DNA of 64,000 nucleotides from Octopus sinensis (taxonomy: Eukaryota), in contig NC_042999.1 in the NCBI RefSeq assembly GCF_006345805.1, positions 18,042,001 to 18,106,000 on the forward strand, in the 5' to 3' direction. Every line of letters begins with the position of its first letter. Positions within the stretch are counted from its first letter, which is position 1. Made by a program: the position numbers and the translations under genes. Below, in pieces: positions 51,666-64,000 of the stretch. The notes under the pieces were generated by a model. It saw only the letters and a list, made by a program, of their open reading frames with translations, was not told the origin of the DNA and made no database searches.

Positions 51666-52491
51666 CCAAAATCGAGATATATATCAGAGAAATCGGAAAT
51701 GATATGAGAGCAAAGCAGGCACAAAATTTTATTCTGTAGGGGAGAGCCAGGGTTTTGAAAGTGGTACTTGTATGTGGAATGCCTCCCACAATAATTAACA
51801 ACCAAGTATCGAATATTATAATGTGCAGAAAGAGACTCTATGAGACCTCTGAAAGGCGGCTTCTGTCCGCTCTCACAACATCAAGCAGAGAAAACAAGAC
51901 CAAGCACTTTGAGAAGTAAAACAAAAAAAGAAGAAAAAGAAGAACTTAACTCAACAGAGGCATGGGTTAATGGATAAAAGTTTTATTTATAAATATTGCC
52001 TTCTCTGTTAAGTTACGAATTCGGGAAAAGAGGTTCCATCTTTTAAAAAGCATGTTGTACATAATTTACTATTTTCACAAAAGGTTCATATCCAATATTT
52101 GACTTTAAATATATATGGTTTCATTTGTTTGTACTCGTGTCGATGCTCTCTTCACTATTGTTACCGATACTATTGTGGTTATGAATCCGGTTTGCAGTAT
52201 TTAAACTAAATATACAACTATGTATCATAATTAATGTTTCTAATCCGTGCAGTATTCATCCTGAGATACCATCTCCCATGGGAATATTGTGCTAAAATAA
52301 TAATATACATCAGAGTTCATTCACATCATATACGCATCATATTTCCGACATAGGAAATAGTGACTAAATCATTAGCGTTAATGGTTACCAGTATTAGATA
52401 TGAGCCAAGTAACTACAGTAAACTTAGAGATGTTACATCTGCAAATTTTTAATATAATACGCTTTTCATAATCAACTTAAACAAATGCTGA

Positions 52492-52815
52492 GACCCCTTT
52501 AAGTAATGATTGGCCTACAAAGTTACCCTCGCAGGCACAAGTCCGGGCAATGATGCTTATGGAAGACCAGCAGTCGCCCATGCATACCGGCCTCCCCTCT
52601 CCATGCCACAGTTGTTACCCAAGGGGAAGGCAAAGGGGCCGATATAGCTTGGCACCTGTGACGTCGCAACTCATTTCTAAAGCTGAGTGAACAGGAACAA
52701 CGTGAAATAAAGAGTCTTTCTCAAGAATACAACACGAAGACCGGTCCAGGATTCCAACTCACAAATTAATGATCGTAAGCGCGACGCTCTAACCACTGAG
52801 CCATGCGCCTTCACA
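52492..52815 (-). mobile_element. SINE group C, full length
   Basis: Minus-strand head GTGAAGGCGCATGGCTCAGTGGTTAGAGCG..GAGTTGGAATCC, V-like centre TGTATTCTTGAGAAAGACTCTTTATTTCACGTTG. Confidence 0.8.
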
Positions 52816-54321
52816 TCTTAAACATATTTTTCAATATATATCTGTTTGTCTTGGAATATCTGACTGTTGACATGGCATAACATTTTTTATTTTAATGTGT
52901 TTGTCTTTAAATATGATTAGTCTAGTAGATACAAATGTGTCCACCGATAAACCTAATGCCATTGAGGCAGTTAATATCAATGATAACTGAAATGGAATAA
53001 CAAAAATTGCAGCTGCATAAATAATACGTAGTACATAGAACTATTATTTTCAAAGTCGAAATACTTTTCTCCTGAAAATGTTGTGTAGACAAAAGTATCC
53101 CATATATCTGTCTGCAAATACAACAAGACTATAAGAAAAGAAATAAAACCAGACCATTTTCCCATTATAATCACAACATCAATAACAGAAACAAGATATT
53201 ATTTAAATAATAGAACTTTAACATAGTATATAAAAATGAACATGAATGATGAGGCGCTTTTAAGAAAGTGAAACTTTCTACTGAGTGGGAAAGCGTATCA
53301 AATACTAGTAGCATTTACACAGGTGTTATGAATATGCTTCTATAGTGAAGGGAACACGAACATCAACACCAATTTAGCCGTATTAGAAAGCCCGATGCGA
53401 CAATGAAATTTTGTGCAATAATGCATTTTGGGTCATAAAAGAAGACATAATCTAAAATCTGTACATAGTTGTTCAAACATATCCGGGAGCGCATACAACT
53501 AATATTGCCTATATACAGAAACAGACTAGGAATCCCAAGGTCTCTGAATTCATGGTACATTGTATGAAAAAATGAATAAACAGGACACTCTCTGCTGGAA
53601 GAAAACAAAAATAATACAAAGGGAACAAACTACGAAATCCCAAACTATAGGCCAATGAACTGATTGTTAAAAACCAAACAAAAACGCGCTTTCCAAATTC
53701 AACAGAAGGCTAAAACTAAACAGAATGGGTGAACGTGAGGTAATGTGGGACACAAAACAGAAAGTGATGAGAAAGCCATTGCGACAGAATAAGATCAATA
53801 TTGAAATAAAATGTAACTTACGTTTTGAGTGTAAATCATTTTGTCATCCAGAGACTGAAGCGTCTATCACCTTTCAGAATAACAGAAGGAAAACTACCAT
53901 CTGCGCACAAGATGGCGCTGTGTGTGGAAAGATAACAGTTCTATGACTAAATACCAATTATAAAGATACAAACAGAAACTAATTACTATACAAATCAAAG
54001 TGTATGAAACAAAACTAACATTTTCTGTTTATCAAAAAATATTTGAATATACGTTTTCTTACATTGTGCATTTGGTCACTACATGACATGACCAGGGGTG
54101 CTTTACAAACGATCTTATGTAAAGTGACAATGCAATAAGCATGTGGCTACGTTTTACTTGATGCTGACGATTAAAATCTCTGCCAGGAAATTTAATCTGA
54201 ATGTAAGAATAACTTCAAGCAATAATTATATAATGAAATATTGAAAGAGCACCTGCAGAGGTTCAGATAGGTGTGGGTATATATATTATATGTGTGTGTG
54301 TTTGCGGGGGGAGTGTTTATA

Positions 54322-54546
54322 TATGAGAGGAGGCTAAAAAGATACTGGCCTTGGGTAAAAGAAAACAGAGGAGGATTAGTGAATTATGATTTTATTCAAC
54401 ATATTCCCCTCTGAGATGCACACACATCACATTATCGCAGAAAAATTTTACCGTATTCCTAAGCGCTGAAAAACTGGTCTGAAATTTGGACGTCCATCCA
54501 GGAATTTAGCGGTACCATTAAAGCCACGAACTTTCAGAGAGCTCCA
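54322..54546. mobile_element. Degenerate mariner-type MITE
   Basis: Imperfect inverted ends GCTAAAAAGATACTGGCCTT / AAAGCCACGAACTTTCAG in a TA-rich context. Confidence 0.45.
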
Positions 54547-54577
54547 CACACACACACACATATATAATATATATATA

Positions 54578-54644
<67 letters not shown>

Positions 54645-55146
54645 GTAACAAGTATGGGGGTTGTTTGCATGGCCTTAATGTGTTATTGTCCTTTTAACAA
54701 TTATATGTATGTATATATATATATATATATTTTTATATGTATGTATATATATATAATATATATATATATATATACATATATATATGTGTATATATGTATA
54801 TATAGAGATAGATAGATAGATAGATAGATATAGATATAGATATAGATATACATGTATGTATACATATGTGTGTGCGTGTGTGTGTGTAGTATATACAGAC
54901 AAATTTTTGATATCTTTGCAGCTGTCGTAAAGATGTTTTTAGAAATGTGTCCTCTTCAAGCGCTACCTATTGGAAAACAGTGCCTCACCATTTGCTCGTT
55001 AGAACTTTTCGCGTATGTAAGTGGTTTTCTTTTCTCTCATTCAGGGACGACAGCCTGTCCCCATTAACGTCTTCATACTTTAGGCCTTATATCTTGATAT
55101 CTGAGTGTTTCCTTACGTCCGTGTGGTAGAAAGTTAGATTCTGTTC

Positions 55147-55224
55147 TGTTTGTATAGAGTCTGACGAGCTGTTCACAAGGCTATGTCTTTCGTGGATAGG
55201 AAACCTCTGGTAACTCTATAAACA
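55147..55224 (+). ncRNA. Type I hammerhead ribozyme with canonical core
   Basis: Stem I TATAGAGT/ACTCTATA (55153-55160/55213-55220), CTGACGA 55161-55167, stem II CTGTTCAC/GTGGATAG, GAAA 55200-55203, stem III CC/GG, GTA cleavage triplet ending at 55212. Confidence 0.8.
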
Positions 55225-55322
55225 AAATTCAAATTACTTTTAATAAGTATACATATATATATATATATATATATGAACATATATATATATATATATAATA
55301 TATATATAATATATATATATAT

Positions 55323-55353
<31 letters not shown>

Positions 55354-55484
55354 GTCTATAATGGTTTTTTATTTCTAATTCTTGTTCTTGCGATCAAGTT
55401 ATGTTTTGTAACGAGCACATAACACTACATAACTTGCTCAAAAAAGTTAGAATGAGAAGTAGACAAATAATAAACACACATATA

Positions 55485-55541
<57 letters not shown>

Positions 55542-56910
55542 AACAAATATATATTGCAAATTACGTAATGCAATACAATTATCAAACTTCAGATTGTCTA
55601 CATAGGACGAAGGCACCAACCACGCACAAATGGGTGCGTCGTAACTGTAATACAGACTTCGATTTTCAGTATGACTGTGCCTCACAGTCTGGGATCTGGG
55701 GGTATGTACTTCAGAATAATTAATATTTTTCAACAAATATAATACAGAGATGAATAGCAGAGTGCAATTTTAATTGTCACTTGCAATTTTTCAGGAGTTA
55801 ATTATATATTTGACTGATATTAATTTTTGAAGGAAAAATGCTAAGAATAAGTTAATATATGACATCTACAAGATAATAACTTACAGAATATGTTCGAAAT
55901 AGTTTCCTTTTTTCTTTGTGCAACAAACTTATGACGACTGTTCAACTATTTTAGACTGAGCTGTCACCAGACATGACATTTTCAGCCACATCCTCATATT
56001 TCGAAATATATTAATGACAATATGTAATTAAAATGGTGATTTCAAAACCAATTAATTTATCTTCAAAAATGAAACAAAACAATAAAAATGTAGCTATTAA
56101 ACAGTTACGTAATTGCAATTCTCTTTCTTCGAATTCTTTTCCCAATATATACTCCAAAAATTAATTCGGTTTTCATTTTAAGAGTTAAAATTAATGTATA
56201 TGCTCTATACGTCATTAATAGAAAGCACATCCATACAGAAAAAAAAAACACACACACAAAACACACCTGTATTGATATCAGTAAAGTAATTTTGAGCCCC
56301 CAAATTAACAAACATTAATTCCTTGCGAGCTTTAAGTTGCTTTGCTGGAAGACCAGATCGTGATGTAGAGAACACATTGATTTTCAAGAAAGTCTGAGTT
56401 TGGTGAAGCGTGCTCCAGTGCAAAACGGTATACGGTATAAGAAACACAATGCTGAAGCTAGAATGAAAGATATCTACACAAACGATATCCAGTTTATCAA
56501 AAACACGGTTTTGTGTAGAAGCAAACAATTGAGATATAGGAAACTTCATTGTATATACACTATGACGTTCACAGTAAGGTGCAGGATGAGGTGCACAATG
56601 AGGTGTTTGATAAGTCGATATATAGATAATATAACATAAGTTATAAATAATATGATGAATATTTGTAGGTGAGTCTAATGTGCAATCATTCATCATAAAA
56701 TAATTTTAACAACTAACCCTCAAATTTTGAAGCCAAAAGTGAACAAATATCTAAGTATTACTATCAGTTTCATGGGATGAAAACGGACGAGTGAGCCTTT
56801 TTTAACGTCCGGTGTCTGAGTTGGTTTCATCGCATGAAATTTATAGTAGCTCATAAAAATATATATTGTGTTTATAAAACTTTATGAAACTCTCTCTCTC
56901 TCTCTGTCTC

Positions 56911-56989
<79 letters not shown>

Positions 56990-57389
56990 TTATGTGTTTA
57001 TTATGACGATATTTTTGCTTTGTCTATGTTTACAGTTTCCTTGTTTTATCAAGTGAATTGACACTTCATATTACATCTTTTCCATACACTAGTACACGTG
57101 CACACACATATATATATATATGCGTGTGTGTGTGTGTGTGTGAGTGTCAGTGAGTGTGTGTATGTGTGTGTTAGTGTGCGTATGTGTGTGTTAGTGTTAG
57201 TGTGTGTGTCTGTGCGTGCATGTGTATGTTGCTGTAGACATTGTATGATGCCGATACTATATTCAACTTTATCAATTTTATTATGGTAATAGTGTCAAAT
57301 TTATATGTTTATCTCAGATAACATTAGGAAATTATGTTTCTGTGTATTTATAAACGTACATATCGAATTAAAATTTTGTATATAATGTA

Positions 57390-57720
57390 ACTTATACATA
57401 CATACATTGAAACATGTACGTATAAATATATATACATATATATATGTATATATATATATACATATATATGTGTATATATATATATACAAATATCTGTATA
57501 TGTAGATATGTATATACATATATATATATGTATATATATATATATATGTATATTAATATATATATATATATATATGTATATTTGTATGTACATATATATC
57601 TATATATATATATTTGTATGTATGTATATATATATACGCATATATATGCATATTTATATATGTGTATGTGTGTGTGTATATATATGTATATATGTGTGTG
57701 TGTGACTGTGTGTCTGTGCA
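57390..57720. repeat. Long imperfect (TA)n/(TG)n microsatellite, one of many such tracts in the window
   Basis: Read directly; explains the YIYIYI ORFs. Confidence 0.95.
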
Positions 57721-57944
57721 TATCTACGTATGTATATGTGCAATGGAAATTTTCTTTCCTTTGAAGTTCTGAAGCATTTTTGATATTGTTCGAAATGATT
57801 TTATAATATTTATGTCAATAAAAATAATTTGACAGTAAACTACGTTCCCTGCAGCTAATCAGTTTCATTTAGGAACTTTTCTTCAACATTCATACAAACA
57901 CATACTCACACACATATATGCAAATATATATATGTGTATATTTG

Positions 57945-58020
<76 letters not shown>

Positions 58021-58064
58021 TGTGTGTATGTATGTGAATATATATATTCTTTATCATTGTTATT

Positions 58065-58270
58065 TTTTTCAGTTACTTGAGTGTAGCCATGCTGGAGCAC
58101 CGCCTTTTAGTTGAAGCAATGGACCCCTGAACTTCTTCTTTGTAAGCCTGCTGCTTAGTCTATCGATCTCTTCTGCCGCACAACTAGGTTACGGGGTTGT
58201 AAACCCGCCAACATCGGTTGTCAAGAGATAGTGGTGGAACAACCACAGACTCACAAACATTTACACACGT
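58065..58270 (-). mobile_element. SINE family B, diverged 3' half
   Basis: GCCATGCTGGAGCACCGCCTTTTAG..TTTGTAAGCCTG..CAACATCGGTTGTCAAG. Confidence 0.75.
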
Positions 58271-58295
58271 ATATATATATATATTATATATAATG

Positions 58296-58364
<69 letters not shown>

Positions 58365-58886
58365 GCATGGTATAAAAGATGGGCTACAACATGGTATAAA
58401 AGATGGGCTACACCATGGTATAAAATATGGGCTACAGCAAATATTCTGCGCAATACCACAGATTTGCTTGTCAGTTGTTTGACCTTAACTAGTTGAGTAT
58501 GTCCCTTAGTGGCTGACGATATGTGCATCTCTGATCACGAGCAGACGTAGTGGGGGAGCATCATAGCCGTGTGTTGAGAGGGATTCTTTGGGATTTGAAT
58601 AATTCACCTCTGGAAACATGGCTGTTTTGTTCAACATCCTTAAACAACCCTTATTCAGGGACCTTTCGAGTGGGATGGGTTACTCGACCTGAAGAAAATT
58701 CTAACTGGGCCCCACCTGCAAGGTCATGAGCTGTTTATCTTGATATGACATCACCATGTTGCGCACATATGGTTGTGATGCATGTGCCTAGTGTGCCGTT
58801 ATCAGACGGGTAGTCATGATGGGCATACTGGGCTTCGTATATTTTACCCCAGTGTCACTTTGATGGCATGCACTGCTCTCTCACTC
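58365..58886 (+). mobile_element. (AAT)n-embedded element, copy 1; probable R4/Dong ORF end plus long 3' UTR
   Basis: Starts with three 24-bp repeats; translation ATANILRNT resembles the GTAHILRRT terminus of the R4 ORF; near-identical to 58994-59467. Confidence 0.6.
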
Positions 58887-58923
<37 letters not shown>

Positions 58924-58943
58924 TAATAATAATAATAATAATA

Positions 58944-58993
<50 letters not shown>

Positions 58994-59467
58994 GCATGGT
59001 ATAAAATATGGGCTACAGCAAATATTCTGCGCAATACCACAGATTTGCTTGTCAGTTGTTTGACCTTAACTAGTTGAGTATGTCCCTTAGTGGCTGACGA
59101 TATGTGCATCTCTGATCACGAGCAGACGTAGTGGGGGAGCATCATAGCCGTGTGTTGAGAGGGATTCTTTGGGATTTGAATAATTCACCTCTGGAAACAT
59201 GGGTGTTTTGTTCAACATCCTTAAACAACCCTTATTCAGGGACCTTTCGAGTGGGATGGGTTACTCGACCTGAAGAAAATTCTAACTGGGCCCCACCTGC
59301 AAGGTCATGAGCTGTTTATCTTGATATGACATCACCATGTTGCGCACATATGGTTGTGATGCATGTGCCTAGTGTGCCGTTATCAGACGGGTAGTCATGA
59401 TGGGCATACTGGGCTTCGTATATTTTACCCCAGTGTCACTTTGATGGCATGCACTGCTCTCTCACTC
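58994..59467 (+). mobile_element. (AAT)n-embedded element, copy 2
   Basis: 473 bp matching 58414-58886 with one mismatch seen; flanked by AAT arrays. Confidence 0.6.
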
Positions 59468-59489
59468 AATAATAATAATAATAATAATA

Positions 59490-59536
<47 letters not shown>

Positions 59537-59977
59537 TTGTTAGAGTTCGTTGAGAGTTCTTTTGGATTTGTTACAGATGTTGGCATAGTATAAAATGGGA
59601 ATAAAATAAGCGAAGAGTGTTGGTGTCTTTCCCGTTCCGGGGTACTATACATCACACTAACTTAGTGCATGTCACTAAAGTGATATATATAGAAACCATG
59701 TTATAAATGTTATACGGAAAAACAATTTTACATTTATCTGAGATATTATATTTTTCGGTCGGTTTAAACCTCGCCAAACGAGAGCTATCTGGCCTAATCT
59801 TCGACATCACAGTCAACAATATGCTCCCTTAAGAATAAATACACAGATACACACAACTAAACAGACATAGTCATATGCTATTCATGCATCCAGATTTAAC
59901 AAGACAGCCCTTTGTCTAAATCATTTTCATTCCCTTAAAAGTTTCCGCCTACTTTGAATGTAAATTCTTATATAAGT

Positions 59978-60291
59978 TGTTTGTTTGTTCCTTCTCGAGA
60001 CACGCCTGGCTCATACGGCCGGTTTTCCGGTTTCCTTGGTGTATAGGGTTCCCCACCTGGACGGGACGCCACTCCGTAGCAGGTGAGCTGCAAGATGCAG
60101 GAGGAAAGAGTGAGAGAAAATTGTGGCGAAAATGTCAGCAGAGGTTCGTCGTTACCTTATGCCGGAACCGCGTGGAGCTTAGGTATTTCACTCATAAACA
60201 CACACATCACCCGGTCTAATATTCGAACCCGCGATCCCACGATGCTTCGACCGCGAGTCCGCCGCTCTAACCACTAGGCCATGTGCCTCCA
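59978..60291 (-). mobile_element. SINE group C, full length with TSD
   Basis: Minus-strand head TGGAGGCACATGGCCTAGTGGTTAGAGCGGCGGACTCGCGGTCG..GGGTTCGAAT; TTATATAAGT at 59968-59977 and 60294-60303. Confidence 0.85.
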
Positions 60292-60920
60292 ATTTATATA
60301 AGTAGTTTCTAGAAATATTACTAAAAACACTTTGTCCAAGGAATTTCCTTCATTTTAATTTTTCAATTTTGTAATAGGATTAAAAGACGCTGTGGCATCT
60401 ATTTTCATTCCACATCGTAGGTATTCAAATTCCGTGTATTGCCATATTCCATTATTTCAGGTACATACACACCAACGTATAAATTTTCACATGCATGAGC
60501 ACACAAACAGGTATACACATCCGTGGTTAGAGCAGCATTGCATACGCTAAAATTACGTTAATATTTACGTATTAGAATAATTTCCGAACTGTATCTGCTA
60601 TGCTTACGGTAGAAAATAAATTTATCTGCTGTTTGATATTTGAGATTGTGCTCCATTGATTTCAGTATGAGCTAATATCTGTTTTTAATCAATTCAATCA
60701 ATAAATATTTTCAAGTTGTTTACTCTTCCAAATTATATTAAATATATTTCTTTACAATGTTGTTACAATACCCGACATAATATTTTGTAAAATATTAAGT
60801 TTTCCACATTGTTCTACTTTAATAGGAAAAGCTCGAACAACGTCAAAAGATATCAGCCATTGCTGTACATTTATGCAAGCTTAAATATAAATAAAAACAT
60901 ACATATATTTATTTTTATTT

Positions 60921-61847
60921 ATGCACCATTTTAAAGACTAGCCAGGCTCATGGGCCTGGTTTCCCGGTTTCTATGGCGTATGTGTTCCCCCCAGTTTGAC
61001 GGGATGCCATTCTATCGCAGGCTTACTCAAGAAACAGGAAGAAAGAGTAAGAGAAGGTTGGGGCGAAAGAATATAACCAGGTCGCTACCACCGATACCGG
61101 AGCCTCGTAGAGCTTTAGAAGTTTTCGCTCAATAAACACACACAACGCCCGGTCTGGGAATTGAAACCGCGATTATCCGATCGCGAGTCTGCTGCCCTAA
61201 CCATGGGGCCATAGCGCATCCACACATACATGCATACATACATACATTTAAAAAAAATTATGCGCCATTTTCAAGACTAGCCAGGCGCAGGGGCCCGGTT
61301 TGTATGGCGTATGTGTTCACTCCTCCCGCCAAACGGGGCGCCAGTCCATCGCAGCGTTACTCAAGAAACAAGAAGAAAGAGTAAGAGAAAGTTTGGGCGA
61401 AAGAATACGACCTGGTCGCCACCAGCCCCTGTCGAAGCCTCTTGGAGCTTTAGATGTTTTCGCTCAATAAACACGCTGAACACCCGATCTGGGAATCGAA
61501 ACCGCGATCCTCCGACTATGGATCCGCTGCCCTAACCATGGGGCACACATACATGCATACATACATACATTTTTTTTTATTTATGCGCCCTTTTCAAGCC
61601 TAGCCCGACTCATGGGATCGGTTTCCCGGTTTCTATGGCGTATGTGTTCCCCGCAGACGGACGGGGCGCCAGTCCATCGCAGCGTTACTTGTGAAACAGG
61701 AAGAAAGAGTGAGGGAAAGTTGGGGCGAAAGAGTACAACAGGGGTCGCCACTACCCGCTGTCGATGCCTCGTGGGGGTTTCGGTCTTTTCGCTCAATAAA
61801 CACACAACGCCCGGTCTGGGAGTCGAAAGCGCCATCCTCCGACCGCG
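60921..61847 (-). mobile_element. Three head-to-tail SINE group C copies
   Basis: Units 60921-61223, 61260-61544 and 61583-61847, separated by a shared CACACATACATGCATACATACATACATT spacer. Confidence 0.9.
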
Positions 61848-61931
61848 TGTCATATATTATGAGTCAGTGTATGTAATTATGCAGAAGTATAGGATCTCCA
61901 TAAAGCGAAACAGACATTTCCAAGTAGTTTT

Positions 61932-62309
61932 TATCTTTTATTAATTCATTTGACTGCGGCCATGCTGGAGCGCCGCCTTTAGTCGACCAAATCGAGTCTG
62001 GGACTTCTTCTTCGTAAGCCTAGTACTTATTCTATCGGAGTCTTTTGCCGAACCGTTAGGTTGCTGGGACGTAAACACGCCAGCATCGGTTGTCAAGCGA
62101 AGTTGAGGGGACGCACACAGATACACAAACACACACATATATATACATATACATATATACGGCGGGCTTCCTTTCAGTATCCGTCTACCAAATCCACTCA
62201 CAATGCTTTGGTCGGCCCGATGCTATAGTAGAAGACACCGGCTGAAGGTGCCACGCAGTGGGACCGAACCTGTAACCATGTGGTTGGTAAGCAAGCTACT
62301 TACCACACT
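61932..62309 (-). mobile_element. SINE family B
   Basis: Reverse complement of 20555-20957. Confidence 0.88.
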
Positions 62310-62511
62310 GGGAAACATTAGGAAGGATGTCTCAACAAGCATACCGAATTCTTATCATAGGTTTATATCCTGAAAATATTAGGCATTAATATATAAACAT
62401 ATGTATGTGTATACACACACACACACACACACACACACAAGAACACATACGCTCACAGACACAAGTAGGCACACTCTCACACATGCAAGCACACACACTT
62501 ATATATTTATA

Positions 62512-62907
62512 CTAGCAGTATCGCCCGGCGTTGCTCGGGTTTGTAAGGGAAATAACTATATAAGCATTTTTAGAGAGTTATAGCCAAAAAATAGCAAAAA
62601 AATGCATTAAAAATGGAAAACCAACGATGGTAAATTTTGTTTTAAATCGTTGACTCATCGTAGGCATTTTAGAGAGTTACTTCCCTTATATAATAGCGAA
62701 AAAATGCATTAAAATGGAAAACAATGATGGTAATTTTTTTTTAAATCGTAGACTCATCGTAGACGCACGCTAATACCCAGAAGGGCTCGATATGAATCAC
62801 GACTATAAGATACCCGGTTTTGGTTAAACTGCACCGCAAAATGTGGGAGTATTTAGGAATCTAAATCGTAGGAGACAGACACACAACTTCTCTTTTATAT
62901 ATAAAGG
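62512..62907 (-). mobile_element. Non-autonomous Helitron (~396 bp)
   Basis: Minus strand: A|CCTTTATATATAAAA 5' end (TC mutated to CC), 3' hairpin CCCGAGCAACGCCGGG then CTAG|T. A|T target with no TSD; internal ~100-bp direct repeat. Confidence 0.85.
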
Positions 62908-63318
62908 TGTAAAGTGGTATAAACGAGAAGAGCGATAAACTAGTGCATCTTATAATTCAGTTTTTGACAATGAATTTTCAAGTGTTAACAAATGCATATT
63001 GGTGGGAGGAAAACTCTGTAGAAATTACGCTAAGTCAAAATTAATTAATTCCCATTTGTTAACTACCGTGGACTCTCCAGTAAAGAAGATTCGTAACTTT
63101 CTAAATATGTGTCTTTGAAAATTAGAATTCAATTTAATTACTAACAATAAGATGAGCAAATATTCAAGCATAAAAGCTGCAAGTGAAATATGATCCAAAA
63201 TTAGACCGAAACACTATATTTGCTATGGAAACGAGATCCTTGGCTGATCTAGTGTACGAGATTGAAGCTAGCTATTTATAAAAGATTCGTATGCAATCAA
63301 TATTAGGTTAATTTTGTT

Positions 63319-63549
63319 GGCGGCGAGCCGGCAGAAACGTTAGCGCGCCGGGCGAAATGCCTAGCGGTATTTCGTCTGTCGCTACGTTCTGAGTTCAAAT
63401 TCTGCCGCAGTCGACTTTGCCTTTTATACTTTCGGGGTCGGTAAATAAAGTACCTGTTTCGCACTGGGGTCGATGTAATCGACTTAATCCCTTTGTCTGT
63501 CCTCGTTTGTCCCCTCTGTGTTTAGCCCCATGTGGGCAGTAAAGAAATA
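63319..63549 (+). mobile_element. Full-length SINE family A with imperfect TSD
   Basis: Head GGCGGCGAGCCGGCAGAAACGTTAGC, B-box GAGTTCAAATTC; flanks TATTAGGTTAATTTTGT / TATGAGGTTAATTTTTGT. Confidence 0.9.
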
Positions 63550-64000
63550 TATGAGGTTAATTTTTGTCGCCACTATCTACTCATGATACCGAAGGTTATA
63601 TGGTCGTTAAGGAATCCCAAGTTAACTCGCGGAGATATAGTTTAGAAAGAAATTTGTTGGCCCTGGGGCGTACATACGCACACGCACAAACACACAAAAA
63701 TACATGTACATACACACACGCACACGCATGTATATGTAAGGTGCGATGGGAAAATTGTTATATTTTTAATTTCGCTCATGCGGATTGATTGTTTTCACTA
63801 TTGTTGACTAGACTGTAGGATCAGTTGCTCACCGTCTGTGAGAAAAACAGTTCTATGACGCAATTCACTCTGACAGAAATTTGGAAACAACATGCTGTAC
63901 TTCTTAGCTCCAATACGAATATTTCAGAGTGTTTGGGTGACACTCTGATGACAGTGCAATATGAGGACATGTACCGAAAATGATAAAAATCAAACATCCA

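Noticed and set aside
56205-56696. 163-aa minus-strand ORF
   Set aside because: No recognisable motif and no supporting splice or homology evidence.
58366-58437. Three 24-bp direct repeats, superficially CRISPR-like
   Set aside because: No spacers, eukaryotic context, no cas genes.
63319-63410. tRNA-like A/B boxes here and in other SINE heads
   Set aside because: No complete cloverleaf, and each continues into a SINE body, so these are not tRNA genes.

Overview
This is eukaryotic, AT-rich, gene-poor DNA crowded with microsatellites and retroelements. The SINE families look like octopus/cephalopod repeats, recognised from memory and not checked against a database. I cannot support any intact protein-coding gene; nearly all listed ORFs are translations of microsatellites or SINEs. 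Recognisable elements are: a decayed 5'-truncated CR1-clade LINE (25.2-28.1 kb), several R4/Dong-clade retroelement pieces sitting in (TAA)n arrays, mariner and Tc1 transposase relics, a 426-bp TIR element with an 8-bp TSD and internal telomeric repeats, non-autonomous Helitrons, and dozens of copies of three tRNA-derived SINE groups. The most interesting signal is a set of short inserts inside (TA)n tracts that carry type I hammerhead ribozyme folds. At 45977-46592 a young, highly structured ~345-nt unit occurs in permuted, partly tandem and inverted form with a U3-A8 variant hammerhead, consistent with a retrozyme that forms circular RNA. A canonical-core hammerhead lies at 55147-55224, and decayed G3-C8 and U3-A8 variants lie near 8.1 and 19.6 kb. 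All folds were paired by hand and none has been tested.
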